Positions 40,212 to 50,668 of a DNA stretch of 64,000 nt are shown here, one piece after another. The translations under genes were made by a program, and so were the position numbers. Position 1 is the first letter of the stretch. Each line of letters opens with the position of its first letter. The DNA comes from an uncultured Acidobacteriota bacterium (GTDB lineage Bacteria > Acidobacteriota > UBA6911). The notes beneath the pieces were generated by a model. That model did not search any database and was not told where the DNA came from. It was given only the letters and a program-made list of their open reading frames with translations. Location: NCBI GenBank assembly GCA_963809485.1, contig CAWEJX010000008.1, positions 160,001-224,000 of the forward strand, in the 5' to 3' direction.

Positions 40212-40994
40212 CTAAAAATTAAAGGACAGCCCAAAAACCATGGCTTGAGTGATGACATCGTACTTGAAGTACTGGTTGTCGCTCCCGGTGTCATAATCCT
40301 CACTCAGGACCCGGTAGCCGACCTTGACCGCCGTTCGCTTGCCTATGTCAATGCCGATTGTCGGAAACAGATTCCATGCGAAGTCTGAGCCGGCGCCGAA
40401 TCCGCCGATGTCTCCCTCAAATGCGAAGCTACATGGTCCGCCGAGGCGCTGCTTGAGCTTCAGGCCGACGATGGGATTGACCCACTGCTTGGTTGCTTCG
40501 AATTTGCCCGTAAGCGGCGGTTCCTTGAAATCGAGCTTTCCCTGAAGTATATTCCATCGCGCCCCGAAGACGAGGTCAACCTTCTCGTTCAGCTGGCGCA
40601 GCCCCAGGAACGTGTATGCATGCTGGTTGAAATCAACGTTTGCGGAAGGTCTGTCTAAATCGGTGCCCAACGCCATATAGACCGCATCCACGCCTATCCC
40701 CCATTGGGCCTTGCGCGCTTCAAAATATCCCATCGCACCGAACTGGAGATTTTCGAAAATCTTGCTTGGCGGAACGTCTACTTCATGTTGAAGGCCTCTA
40801 ACTGCAACCTTGCCGTCCATCCAGGGAACCAGAACGTAGGGAGCCGCCGTAAACTTCCATTCATCCGGGCTCGTCCCGCTGTTTGTCGACTGGGCAAGTG
40901 CGGGAGCTGGGATGACTGGCAGAAGCACAAGAATTGTCAGGATGACGCCCAGAATGAACTGGAATCGCCGATATGGATTCAACGCAATATTCAT
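40212..40994 (-). CDS. Outer-membrane beta-barrel protein, paralogue 2
   Basis: Shares long identical blocks with 34302-35087, for example GYFEARKAQWGIG, GLRQLNEKVDL and GDIGGFGAGSDFAW. Confidence 0.8.
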   Translation of the reverse strand: MNIALNPYRRFQFILGVILTILVLLPVIPAPALAQSTNSGTSPDEWKFTAAPYVLVPWMDGKVAVRGLQHEVDVPPSKIFENLQFGAMGYFEARKAQWGIGVDAVYMALGTDLDRPSANVDFNQHAYTFLGLRQLNEKVDLVFGARWNILQGKLDFKEPPLTGKFEATKQWVNPIVGLKLKQRLGGPCSFAFEGDIGGFGAGSDFAWNLFPTIGIDIGKRTAVKVGYRVLSEDYDTGSDNQYFKYDVITQAMVFGLSFNF

Positions 40995-41027
40995 TTTCTT
41001 TTGATCACCTTTCTTTATGGGTTGAAA

Positions 41028-41240
41028 CTAGACTCTCTGTGTTTCCAGCGTGCTCTGGGCAAGAGCGGGATTGATGCTGTACACGGCATCATATTGAGCA
41101 AGATGGACCCCACCGGTTAGCTCTTCGAGAAGGTGCGACCGTTTCAGACGGTCCATGACCGGGACCTTCACCTCGGACAGGTGCAGCGTGAACCCCCCTT
41201 CCTTGAGCCGCTGATTGATGGCGCCGAAGCCTCGAGCTTG
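41028..41240 (-). pseudogene. Orphan 3' remnant of another SulP STAS domain
   Basis: With small indels, the minus strand reads AINQRLKEGG.TLHLSEVK.PVMDRLKRSHLLEELTGGVHLAQYDAVYSINPALAQSTLETQRV*, a typical SulP C-terminus. Confidence 0.6.
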
Positions 41241-41243
41241 GCA

Positions 41244-43086
41244 TCAGGCGCCTCCTTCATCACGCCTTCCTCCCCCAATTGCGTCGGGCTCCGCGGCCGC
41301 GCTCTCTGGAGACTGGCGAAAGGCTTGAGCCGCGTGCCGGTTGGTCGGGTAGAATCGGCCCGGGTCGATCAGTTCCATCAGACTCGTACCTCTCGAGCCA
41401 CGAGCGGAAGGACCGGTCGGCGCGGCTGACGGCGAAGGTGATGTTCTCGCTTCGTCAGCAGGGTGATCGCCTGACGCAGGACCTCCGCACCGGTCGTGTC
41501 GACGTCGACCATCGCCTCGCGCATCCAGCACGAACCCAGCGGACAGGGGTGGGCGCCTGCGTGACCAGCCGCTCGACGTCGTCGAGGAACAGGGTCGCAT
41601 TGGCGAAGTAGAGCGGGGCGCCGAAGCGGTACACCATCAGGCCCGAAGAACCGGAGACCTGCCCGGCGTCCCCGGGGACGAAGTGACTGCCGTCGGGCGC
41701 TTCCACGAGCGCCGAGGTGTCCGGACGGGACGCCCGGCGGATGACATCGATGGTCGACATGAGAAAGGCGATGAGGACGGCGCGCAGCGGGCCCAGGGCC
41801 AGCACGCTCAGCAGGCAGACCGCGGCGATCCAGAACTCCGAACGGCGCATCCGCCACAGCTCGCGGAACTCGTGGACCTCGATCAGCGAAAGCACCGCGT
41901 TGGCGACGATCCCGGCCAGGGCCGCATTCGGCAGATACGCCAGGAGGTTGGTGAAGAAAAGCATCACCAGTGTGATCGTCCCGGCCGCCACCAGGCTGGG
42001 CAACTGGCTGCGCGCGCCCGCGGCATCCATCGCCGCCGAGCGGGACGGGCTGTTGCCCGTGACGATGGACCCGGTGAAGGCTGCTGCCAGGTTGGCCGCA
42101 CCGTAGGCGAACAACATCTGGTCGCCGTCGGCCTTGTAGCCGTACTTGTTGCTGTAGCTGCGGACCACCAGCAGACCTTCGCACAGGAGAATGGCCACGA
42201 TGGCCAGGGCGCCCGGCAGGAGCCGCAGGTAGTCGGCCAGAGGGATCGTGGGCAGGGTCAACGCCGGGAATCCCGAGGGGATCGTGTTGCCGAGCACGGC
42301 GACGCCTTTCGCCGGGAGGTCGAGCATTGCGACGAGGGTCGTCAGCAGCACCAGGGCCACCAGCGCCCCGGGGACTTTGGGCGCATACCGTTTCATCAGC
42401 CGGATGATCAGGAAGGCGCTCACCCCGACCGCCACCGAGTAGAGGTTAGCGAGCGGAATGGAGTGGATCAGGGCCAGGACCTCCACGAAGTAGCCCTCGG
42501 TGCTGCACCGAGGTCGCCAAGGTCTCCTTGAGGTGCTCCGCCGCTGCCAGCAGGCCCGACGTGGCTTCGCCCACATGGGGAGCGGCGAGGATCTTCCTGA
42601 CCTGGTTGGTGAACACCTCGACGCCGAGCCCGGTGATGAAGCCCGCCATCACGGCGCGCGAGAGGAAGTTGGCGAGGAACGCCAGCCGGAAGATCCAGAA
42701 GATGAAGAACAGCAACGCGCAGACCACGGCCAGGGCCAGGGCGTACTGCATGCGAAGCGGATCCCCGGGCGCGGCGAAGGCGACGAGGGCGGCCCCGACC
42801 AGGGTGGCCATGGAAGCGTCGGGGCTCGTCACCAGGTGGCGCGAGCTGGCCGAGCAGGGCAAAGACCACCAGCGGGATGATGGCCGCGTAGAGACCGGCC
42901 GCGGGGGGCAGGCCGGCCACCTGCGCGTAACCGATGTTCAGCGGGATCATCAGGGCGGCCAGCGTGACGCCCGCCGAGACCTCCCGCGGGACGTCGGCCA
43001 GCGTGATCCCCCGCAGGCCCGCGAACGGGCGGGGCCAGCGGATCTTGGCGAGAATGGATTTATTGCCTCCCCGCGCCGGAAGTCAT
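41244..43086 (-). CDS. SulP family anion transporter with STAS domain (several frameshifts)
   Basis: Fragments AGVTLAALMIPLNIGYAQVAGLPPAAGLY, NFLSRAVMAGFITG and YRFGAPLYFANA; ATGA overlap with the upstream symporter gene. Confidence 0.85.
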
Positions 43087-43949
43087 GCCGCCCCTCCTGC
43101 ATCGATCAGGCCGGCCTGCTTGGCGAATATTTTGGCTCCAATGGCCGCGAGGACAACCGACCACAACGTCCACATGATGGTCATCACCACGATGCGCGGG
43201 TCCGCGTTCGGAATGGCAAGAGCCGCCGCCAACACCGCTGCGACGTTACGCGTGCCCATCCCGAGCGCCATGACGCTTCGCTGATTCTGTTTCATGCCGA
43301 AGCCGAAGCGATACGTGATCAGGCCCATCCCGACCATGAACAGGGTCATTGAAAGGAGGGCAAGTTCGCCCGCCGTGTTGAGCATCCCCCGGCCGTAGAT
43401 CACAAGGCACCACACGATCGTCAGCAATGTGGAGAGTAGGGCCAATCCCTTGACCGCCGGGAAGATCTTGGTTGCCCCAGTTCCGGCGTAATGCCGGATC
43501 GCCGCTCCGATCATCAGCGGCAGGAGTATGGTCAGGAGGAGCGGTTTCGCGAGCGACCAGGTGCTGATCGTCACCCCCTTGATCAGCAGGGGTGCCATCA
43601 ATGGCATCAACACCACCGTGCCGACCGCCACCAGCGGTATGAGGGCTCCCGCGAAGCCCATGTCTCCGCGGGCTTTTCCCACCATCTGCTGGAGGAACGG
43701 CGCGCAGGGCGCCAGGCTGGCGAGGAGCACCACGACTACGTAGGGCTCCGCCAGCGGAAGAACCCTGGTGATCAGATAGCCGAACGCCGGCCCCAACACC
43801 CAGCCCCACACGAAGATCAGCGCCAGGGATTTCTTATTCCGCAACGCCACGACAACCTCGGGCATCTTCACTTGGAGGCCCATGGCCGCCAGGTTCGACA
43901 CGGTGAAGATGAACACCAATGGGCCGAATGTGGTCTGAAGAAACTGCAT
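43083..43949 (-). CDS. Bile acid:sodium symporter (BASS) family protein
   Basis: NLAAMGL, LASLAPCAPF and ALGMGTRNVAA; multiple transmembrane segments. Confidence 0.85.
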   Translation of the reverse strand: MQFLQTTFGPLVFIFTVSNLAAMGLQVKMPEVVVALRNKKSLALIFVWGWVLGPAFGYLITRVLPLAEPYVVVVLLASLAPCAPFLQQMVGKARGDMGFAGALIPLVAVGTVVLMPLMAPLLIKGVTISTWSLAKPLLLTILLPLMIGAAIRHYAGTGATKIFPAVKGLALLSTLLTIVWCLVIYGRGMLNTAGELALLSMTLFMVGMGLITYRFGFGMKQNQRSVMALGMGTRNVAAVLAAALAIPNADPRIVVMTIMWTLWSVVLAAIGAKIFAKQAGLIDAGGAA

Positions 43950-44025
43950 GACACTCGTTCATAGTCTGTTTCCTTTCAAGCAAACCGGTGTTGTTGTCAG
44001 AGCTGTTGACATAAGGAGTTCTCCG

Positions 44026-45732
44026 TCATTTCGATTCCGCGATCGAGCGCATCGCGCGGCGACAGCATGCCGCCGGAGATGTTTTTCGCCTTGAACCCGT
44101 TCTGCAGACAGGATGCGCGTCGCGTAGTAGGCGCGCTGGGCGGAACGGCAGATGACGTGGATCTCGCGGTCGCGGGGAAGTTCGCCCAGGCGGCTGCGGA
44201 GTTGCGGCAGCGGAATGTTGACCGCGCCCGGCACGCTCTCCACGACCAGTTCGACCGGCTCGCGCACGTCGAGCAGGAACGCGCCGTCCAGCGAATCCCA
44301 GTGACTGAGCGGCATGTCGCCGCGCAGGACATTCGCGGCCATCATCCCGGCGAAGTTGACCGGATCCTTGGCGCTGCCGAACTGGGGCGCATAGCACAGC
44401 TCGGATTCTTCCAGGTCGTAGATCGTCGCGCCCATCTGGATGGCCATGGCCAGGGCGCTGATCCGCTTGTCCACCGCCGGGCCATCCTCGCCCAGCGCCT
44501 GCGCGCCGAGGACTTTTCCGTTGGATTTGCGGAAGATGAATTTCAACCCGAGCATCTTGGCGCCCGGGTAGTATCCGGCGTGCGAATTCGGGAACAGGTA
44601 GATCTTCTCGTAGTCCGTGTCTCCGAGCTTCTTGAGCGTTTTCTCGCTGACGCCGGTCCAGGCGGCGGCGCCCCCGAACAGCCCGATGATCGAGGTGCCC
44701 TGCGTGCCGCGGTAACGGGAATCGCGCCCGCAAATCACATCGGCCGCGATCCGGCCCTGCCGGTTCGCCGGCCCGGCCAGCGCAATCAGGCTCCACTGGC
44801 CGGTCCCGAAGTCCTTGACTTCGATGGCATCGCCGACGGCGAAGATGTCCGGGTCGCTCGTGCGCATGTGCTCGTCCACGCGGATGCCGCCGCGCTCGCC
44901 GATCGCGAGGCCGGCCGACTTGGCCAGGGTGGTGTCCGGCTTCACGCCAATCGCGAGGATGACGATGTCCGCCGGAAACGTTTTGCCGGAGCTGGTCAGG
45001 ACCTCGATCGCGCCGCCGTCCAACTGCTTGAATCCGACCACGCCGTCATTGGCGACAACCTGGACGCCATGTCTTGTCATGTGGCCCTGGACGAGGCACG
45101 CGATCTCCGGGTCCAGCGGGGACAGGACGTGATCGGGCTTCTGGATGAGGGTCACATCGAACCCGAGATGGACCAGGTTCTCCGCCGTCTCCAGACCGAT
45201 GAATCCGCCGCCGACGACCACCGCGCGCGGTCACTGGCTTGACCATCTGAATCCCCGAGTAGCTGAACATCCCCGCGAGAAACGTCGTGCCTTTTTCAAT
45301 CCACTCGCGGATCGTCCTCGCGTCGGGCACGGTTCGCACATGGAAGATCCCCGGCAGATCAATGCCCGGCAGGGGCGGATGAACCGAGGCCGCCCCGGGC
45401 GACAGCACGAGCTTGTCGTAGGACTCGGTCGTGACCTCGCCGGTCTTGACATTGCGCAGATTCACGGTTTTCTTCTTCGGATCAATCGCGATCGCCTCGC
45501 AGTTCGTGCGCGCATCGATCGCGAACATGGCGCGAAACATCTGTTCGGTCCCCACCAGGAGGCTCGATTCCTTTTCAATCACGCCGCCGACGTGGTAGGG
45601 CAGTCCGCAGTTCGCGTACGAAACGTACGGTCCGCGTTCGACCATGAGGATTTCGGCCTTTTCATCCAGCCTGCGCAGGCGCGCCGCACACGACGCTCCG
45701 CCGGCAACTCCGCCAACGATGATGACTTTCAT
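44026..45732 (-). CDS. CoA-disulfide reductase-rhodanese fusion (Cdr-RHD/Npsr-like; frameshifted)
   Basis: IVGGVAGGASCAARLRR, redox Cys motif SYANCGLPY, GGGFIGLE, ELCYAPQFGSAKDPVN, and a C-terminal rhodanese segment LDVRE...ICRSAQR. Confidence 0.9.
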
Positions 45733-45913
45733 CTGTGAACCCCCTGTCCGACTAATAAGCTGCTGTTTCGCCGCAGGTCCAGCGTCCCAATAAACCTCCT
45801 CATTGCCTTGGAGTTTCCAGTTTCCAGTTTGAAGGGCTTTAACTGGGAACGCTAAACGGGTAAAGGCGTCAGCAAGCTGCCGCACTCCAAAGCATGTGCG
45901 CCAAAAAGCTCAC

Positions 45914-47346
45914 TTACCTGTCCTCCTCGAATTCAGCTTCGACTTTGCCGGCCCGGATGGCGCGCTTCAGCGCCGCGTGGTCCTTCTCGTTCTGGTCCGC
46001 GTAGGCGACGGAAAAGGATGCGAGCGCCCGGTCGAAAGTGTCGCTCGTCCCCATATACCCGCTGAGCTGGACCGACAATCCCGCGCGCGCGTGGGAGAGC
46101 GCGAGCGCCCTGCCGCACCAGGTGGCGTAGAGTTCCATCTCGGAGGAGCCGAAGGTCTCGACGCGGATGCTGATTTTGATGTCCCTCAATTGGCGGACGA
46201 AGTAGTGGCGCTTGTCGTATTGCCCATGGTCCAGCCGAGGAACATGTCGCTGGCGGGCTGCATGCGCCGGTAGCCATCCACGACGCGCTGGCCGTGGTTG
46301 GGAAAGACGCTCGCGCCGGCGTACGGCTCCAGCACCGAGGCGCGCGCCTCCTTGACCTGAAGGAAGAGTGGATCCCCTTCGCCAGCCAGAAGAGCATCAC
46401 CCAGCAGAGGTCCCGACGCTTCCGATTCCAACTACTTTGATGGCGGCATCCTTAATCTCGTATCGGTCCAGCAGAGACCGGTAGGAGGACGGCAAGGTGT
46501 CGCGGTACCGTGCGAATGCGTCCATGAGATTTTTTGGATTATGCCCGGAGGGTGGCCTTCGCGCGTGAAAGATTGTCGGGAGTTGTCCTTGATGAGGGGC
46601 ATTTCCCCTTTGTGCTCCACCAGCTTCGGAAAGATGTCCTCGGCAATGCTGCGCGCACGCTCCTTCTGGAGACGCATCAGGGCTCGCTTACGGAGCCTGG
46701 GATTCTTGATGCTCGCCACCAGGTCGTCCGCATCCAGCGCCAGGTACCACAGCTCCAGCGTATTCATCTGGCTGAACTCGGCCATGGACTCGCGGTAAGT
46801 GCGAACGCAAGTCATAACCACATCCTTCGCCACAGCATTCGCTCAGGCCGTTGTCCCGGCAGGCCACCACGAAGCTTGCGGCGAGGCGCTTGACGTCCCA
46901 CTCCCATGGCCCCGGGAGCGTCTCGTCGAGGTCGTTGATGGAGAAGATGACCCGCCTCTCCGGCGTGGCGAATCCGCCGAAGTTGCACAGGTGTGCGTCC
47001 CCGCAGCACTGGACACGGATGCCCGAGACCGGCGTGGACGCGAGGTCCGAGGCCATGGTGAGCGCCGCGCCCCTGTAAAAGGTGAACGGCGATCGCGCCA
47101 TGCGCCCGTGGCGCAAGGGAAGCAGTTCGGGCAATCGCCCCTTCTCCGCCTTAAGGACCAGCTGGACCGCATCGGGACGGTCTTTGGGCGCCTTCCAGAT
47201 GGCGTGGGAGCTCCTCGGGCAGGCATCCCGCAATCGCTTACCGAGGGCGCGGGCCTCGTCACTGCGAAAGCCCCTTCGCTGAGGCTGGATTCCGCGCGGG
47301 GGGTGGGGCTGCACTTTGCGTTTCTCTCTTGGGTTTCGTGGTCCAT
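45914..47346 (-). CDS. DUF2252-domain protein (frameshifted)
   Basis: RHGRMARSPFTFYRGAA, CGDAHLCNFG, INDLDET.PGPWEWDVKRLAAS, LFLQVKEA and QPASDMFLGW across several frames. Confidence 0.88.
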
Positions 47347-47507
47347 GACGACCTGTCCCTTCATTGTTGCGCTCCCTGACGTAGTGAGGACGGCTCTCCA
47401 GAGCCGTCCAGGCAACGTCTATCGGACGGGTCTGCGAGACCCGTCCTCACAGGCTTGCTATCCCTCGCTACAAAACGTGGAAGCCTCCAATTCGTTCATC
47501 AGCTCAG

Positions 47508-48023
47508 CTACAGGGCCTTAGGAAGTATCATCCGTTCGGGAGTGAGGTTGTAGGTCCACGGACAGCCCGAGTTCTTCCAGCCGTTCTTCAACCGCTGGCC
47601 CTGAAAAACGCTGCCAGGATCCTCGACCGTATCGCCTTCCATGCCATCGGTGATGTTGTAAGCATGCTTGAATCCCGCCTGGGCGAGCAGGTTGACAGCG
47701 ATGGCGCTGCGGCCGCCGGACCGGCACATCACCAGGATCGTGTCGTCGGGCTTGGCCACTTCCTTCACGCGGGATACGAAATCCAGGAGGAGCTTCATGG
47801 GGAACTTCCCCTTTTCAGCGTCCCACTCGTACACCTGAGCAGCGATAGGAATTTTCCAGGCCATGGCCGGATGGCCTACAAAGAGAAATTCCTCAGGGGT
47901 TCGGACGTCGAGAATTTTCACCTTTTCAGGATCGGCCTTCCACTTCTCGTAGGCCTCCTTCGACGTCACATAGAGTCCCAGCACCGTCTGCTTTTCTTTG
48001 GGGATTTTATTGGGTTCAGTCAT
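47508..48023 (-). CDS. Rhodanese-like sulfurtransferase, copy A
   Basis: ILDVRTPEE.LFVGH and active-site loop MCRSGGRS. Confidence 0.9.
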   Translation of the reverse strand: MTEPNKIPKEKQTVLGLYVTSKEAYEKWKADPEKVKILDVRTPEEFLFVGHPAMAWKIPIAAQVYEWDAEKGKFPMKLLLDFVSRVKEVAKPDDTILVMCRSGGRSAIAVNLLAQAGFKHAYNITDGMEGDTVEDPGSVFQGQRLKNGWKNSGCPWTYNLTPERMILPKAL

Positions 48024-48090
48024 ATTCAGTTCCTCTTTTCAATTCCTCGGTCTTCACTGTTTGTCGCGCTTGATTTTGCCTTGTGTGGCT

Positions 48091-48121
48091 GACGGCGCCC
48101 TCCGGCTTAGAGGGCGCCGTC
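48091..48121. terminator. 12-bp stem-loop between the DszB-like gene and rhodanese A
   Basis: GACGGCGCCCTC-CGGCTTA-GAGGGCGCCGTC is a perfect stem. Confidence 0.45.
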
Positions 48122-48215
48122 GGAAATTCCTGCTCTGGATGCCGATGCATAGATTCTTTGCCGCGAAATACCAGGAAGAGCACACTCGCAAGGCTTTAAT
48201 TGCCTTTCCTTCCGG

Positions 48216-49385
48216 CTAGCCAATCCGTTGGCCTGACTTCAGCAGCTCAGTCGCATCGGGAAGCTTTGCCGTGGTGACCTTCTTCCATTGTTGCTCGAGC
48301 AGTTCCTTAGCTGCCTGTTCCAGGAATTCCGGCGCGGCCCACTTCTGCACATCGAAGTCGTGCTTGATGTAGCCGTGGCTCAGCATGAAGTCCTTGCCTA
48401 TCTCAACAGAAACAAGGTTCTGGGGCGACAGGTTGGGAACCATATCGATGTGCTCTATGCCCCTGAAAGTATGGTCGACGTCGAGGTAGAAGGTTTGCTT
48501 ATCAAGGATAGCTGCAGCAGCACGCTTGTGTTCATTGGCCCAGCGCCCTACTTTGATCATACCTTTCATGAATGTTACGGCGAGCTCAGGATGCTTCTCA
48601 GCCATCACGTCGGAGCAGGTGATGGCGGCAGGGATGTTGGCCACCTGCAGCGTCCAGTCGGGATACCTCGACAGGTCTTCGATAGCCTTGAACTTGCCGG
48701 TTGCTTCAGAAAGCTGCTGCAGCGGGCCGGTCTGCATATACATCGCATCTATGACGCCCTTCTCCAGCGCCGTCTCCAGCGGACGGAAAGCCAGGTCGTG
48801 CTTGTGGTCACGCCTCAGCCACAATTCTGACGGATTTTCCATGAGCGGACCCATCATTTCGGGCTTATCGTACCAGTCGTCGGGGTAGGGGAATTCCACG
48901 ATTTTTACATCCTTGCGGGTCATGCCGTTCAGCCTCAGCATCAGCTCTATGCCCTGTTCCTCCTGAATGCCCCACCAGTCGGTCTTGATGTTATTCTGGC
49001 TTCTTGAAAGCCCGATCTTCTTGCCTTTCAGATCGGCCATCCGGTAGATATCGTCCCTGGAGCGAACCAGCATGACGCCGCCTTCGCGCGGTGCATGTGT
49101 TACACCCAATAATCGTGTCCTGCGTATATCCGCCTGAACATGAATGGGTGGGAAAAGACCGCCAAAGCGGATGAGGTTGTCGAGGTTGTGAACGTAGTGC
49201 GGGTACCAGTCGTTCTCGGCACGGCAGCGGAGATAAAGGTAATTTACACCCATCTTCTTATACTCTTCCTTGGTCCAACCCAGTTCCTGGTCGACATTGC
49301 TGGCGGACACGAGGGGACAATTGGTGTAGTAGACCTCTTTCCAGTTCAACGGAACCGTGCTGAGTTTTTTAGCTTCCTTAGTCAT
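48216..49385 (-). CDS. DszB-like desulfinase homologue (periplasmic-binding-protein fold, no signal peptide)
   Basis: YYTNCP, HYVHN.DNLIRFGGLFPP and RTRLLG parallel the DszB segments TYSNCP (Cys27), HFTYD (His60) and TRFGGEIPP (Arg70), recalled from memory; also DLKGKKIGLS. Confidence 0.75.
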   Translation of the reverse strand: MTKEAKKLSTVPLNWKEVYYTNCPLVSASNVDQELGWTKEEYKKMGVNYLYLRCRAENDWYPHYVHNLDNLIRFGGLFPPIHVQADIRRTRLLGVTHAPREGGVMLVRSRDDIYRMADLKGKKIGLSRSQNNIKTDWWGIQEEQGIELMLRLNGMTRKDVKIVEFPYPDDWYDKPEMMGPLMENPSELWLRRDHKHDLAFRPLETALEKGVIDAMYMQTGPLQQLSEATGKFKAIEDLSRYPDWTLQVANIPAAITCSDVMAEKHPELAVTFMKGMIKVGRWANEHKRAAAAILDKQTFYLDVDHTFRGIEHIDMVPNLSPQNLVSVEIGKDFMLSHGYIKHDFDVQKWAAPEFLEQAAKELLEQQWKKVTTAKLPDATELLKSGQRIG

Positions 49386-49507
49386 GACTGTGTTCCTTTC
49401 GTTTTTTACGCATTCCGCGGACAGCGGTAATGGCAAGTTGTTTTAAACCAGGCCCGGCTTTGTGCCTGGATTGTTGAGTTGTCTCTGATTCCTATCTTGT
49501 CTCTGTG

Positions 49508-49900
49508 TCATTGTTTTTTTGCGCCGGATATGGTTTCGGAGATGGCGGACAGCAGGACATCGCGATCCACTGGTTTCCTCAGACATACGGAGGCTCCAAG
49601 CGCAAGCACCCGCTCGGCCGTGCCGGGTTCGTCATGAGCGGTGATGACGACGACCGGCACGGGCATCTGTTGGAAGCGGAAATCCCCCAGCAAATCAAAG
49701 CCATTGAGATCCGGCATGTGCAGGTCCAGCAACAGGCAATCCGGCGCATGTAAGCCCAGTGCAGCGAGGAACTCCTCACCGCCCGCATACTCCTCGACAC
49801 GGAAGCCGCAGCAGGAAAGCAATCGTCGAAGCGCCTTCCGCATTTCCGGCTCGTTGTCCAGCACGGCAATCACTGGTTGTGTCATTTGCGTCTTTGGCAT
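49508..49900 (-). CDS. Single-domain response regulator receiver
   Basis: AVLDNE, LLLDLHMPDLNG, ITAHD and LRKP. Confidence 0.9.
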   Translation of the reverse strand: MPKTQMTQPVIAVLDNEPEMRKALRRLLSCCGFRVEEYAGGEEFLAALGLHAPDCLLLDLHMPDLNGFDLLGDFRFQQMPVPVVVITAHDEPGTAERVLALGASVCLRKPVDRDVLLSAISETISGAKKQ

Positions 49901-50098
49901 CGCAGCAAAAGCCTATAGGAAATCGGTAATGCTATGCTACTAGACCTTAGTGTAGTCCCCTATTTCAGGGGCCTAACCCGGCGGACGTGGACGTAATCGG
50001 CTTATTTTTTCGCAGTCCACGGAATCCAAACCATGCCCAGGCGTGCGAAAATTTTGAGTCAGACTTTTCGGCATCGCGTGTCCCACTCAAAGACTCGG

Positions 50099-50617
50099 CT
50101 AGGGAACCTTAGGAAGTATCATCCGGTCGGGAGTGAGGTTGTAGGTCCAGGGACAACCCGAATTTTTCCAGCCATTCTTCAGCCGCTGGCCCTGGAAAAC
50201 GCTGCCCGGTTCCTCGACCGTATCTCCCTCCATGCCATCGGTAATGTTGTAAGCATTCCTGAATCCGGCTTGGGCGAGCATATTGACGGCTATAGCGCTG
50301 CGGCCGCCGGACCGGCACATGATCAGGATCGTGTCGTCGGGTTTGGCCACTTCTTTCACCCTCGAGACGAAATCCGGCAAGGGTTTAATCGGGAAAGCCT
50401 TCTTTTCGGCGTCCCATTCATACAGCTGAACGGCGATGGGAATTTTCCATGCCATCGCCGGATGGCCGACGAAGAGAAATTCCTCGGGTGTGCGGACGTC
50501 GAGGATCATGACCTTTTCGGGATCGGCCTTCCACTTCTCGTAGGCCTCCTTCGACGTAACATAAAGTCCAAGCACCGTCTGCTTTTCTTTAATAAGAGTT
50601 TCATTCGATTCAGTCAT
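50099..50617 (-). CDS. Rhodanese-like sulfurtransferase, copy B
   Basis: Near-identical to 47508-48023; MCRSGGRS loop. Confidence 0.9.
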   Translation of the reverse strand: MTESNETLIKEKQTVLGLYVTSKEAYEKWKADPEKVMILDVRTPEEFLFVGHPAMAWKIPIAVQLYEWDAEKKAFPIKPLPDFVSRVKEVAKPDDTILIMCRSGGRSAIAVNMLAQAGFRNAYNITDGMEGDTVEEPGSVFQGQRLKNGWKNSGCPWTYNLTPDRMILPKVP

Positions 50618-50668
50618 ATTATGTCCCTCCGTTAATCGTTCTTACCCTTGTCCGACAGCGCAGCGGCC

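Noticed and set aside
45867-45891. GCGTCAGCAAGCTGCCGCACTCCAAA REP-like hairpin
   Set aside because: It is a single copy in this window, so it cannot be supported as a repeat.
48216-49385. Plain ABC transporter substrate-binding protein
   Set aside because: It has no signal peptide, no permease or ATPase nearby, and retains DszB-like catalytic residues.
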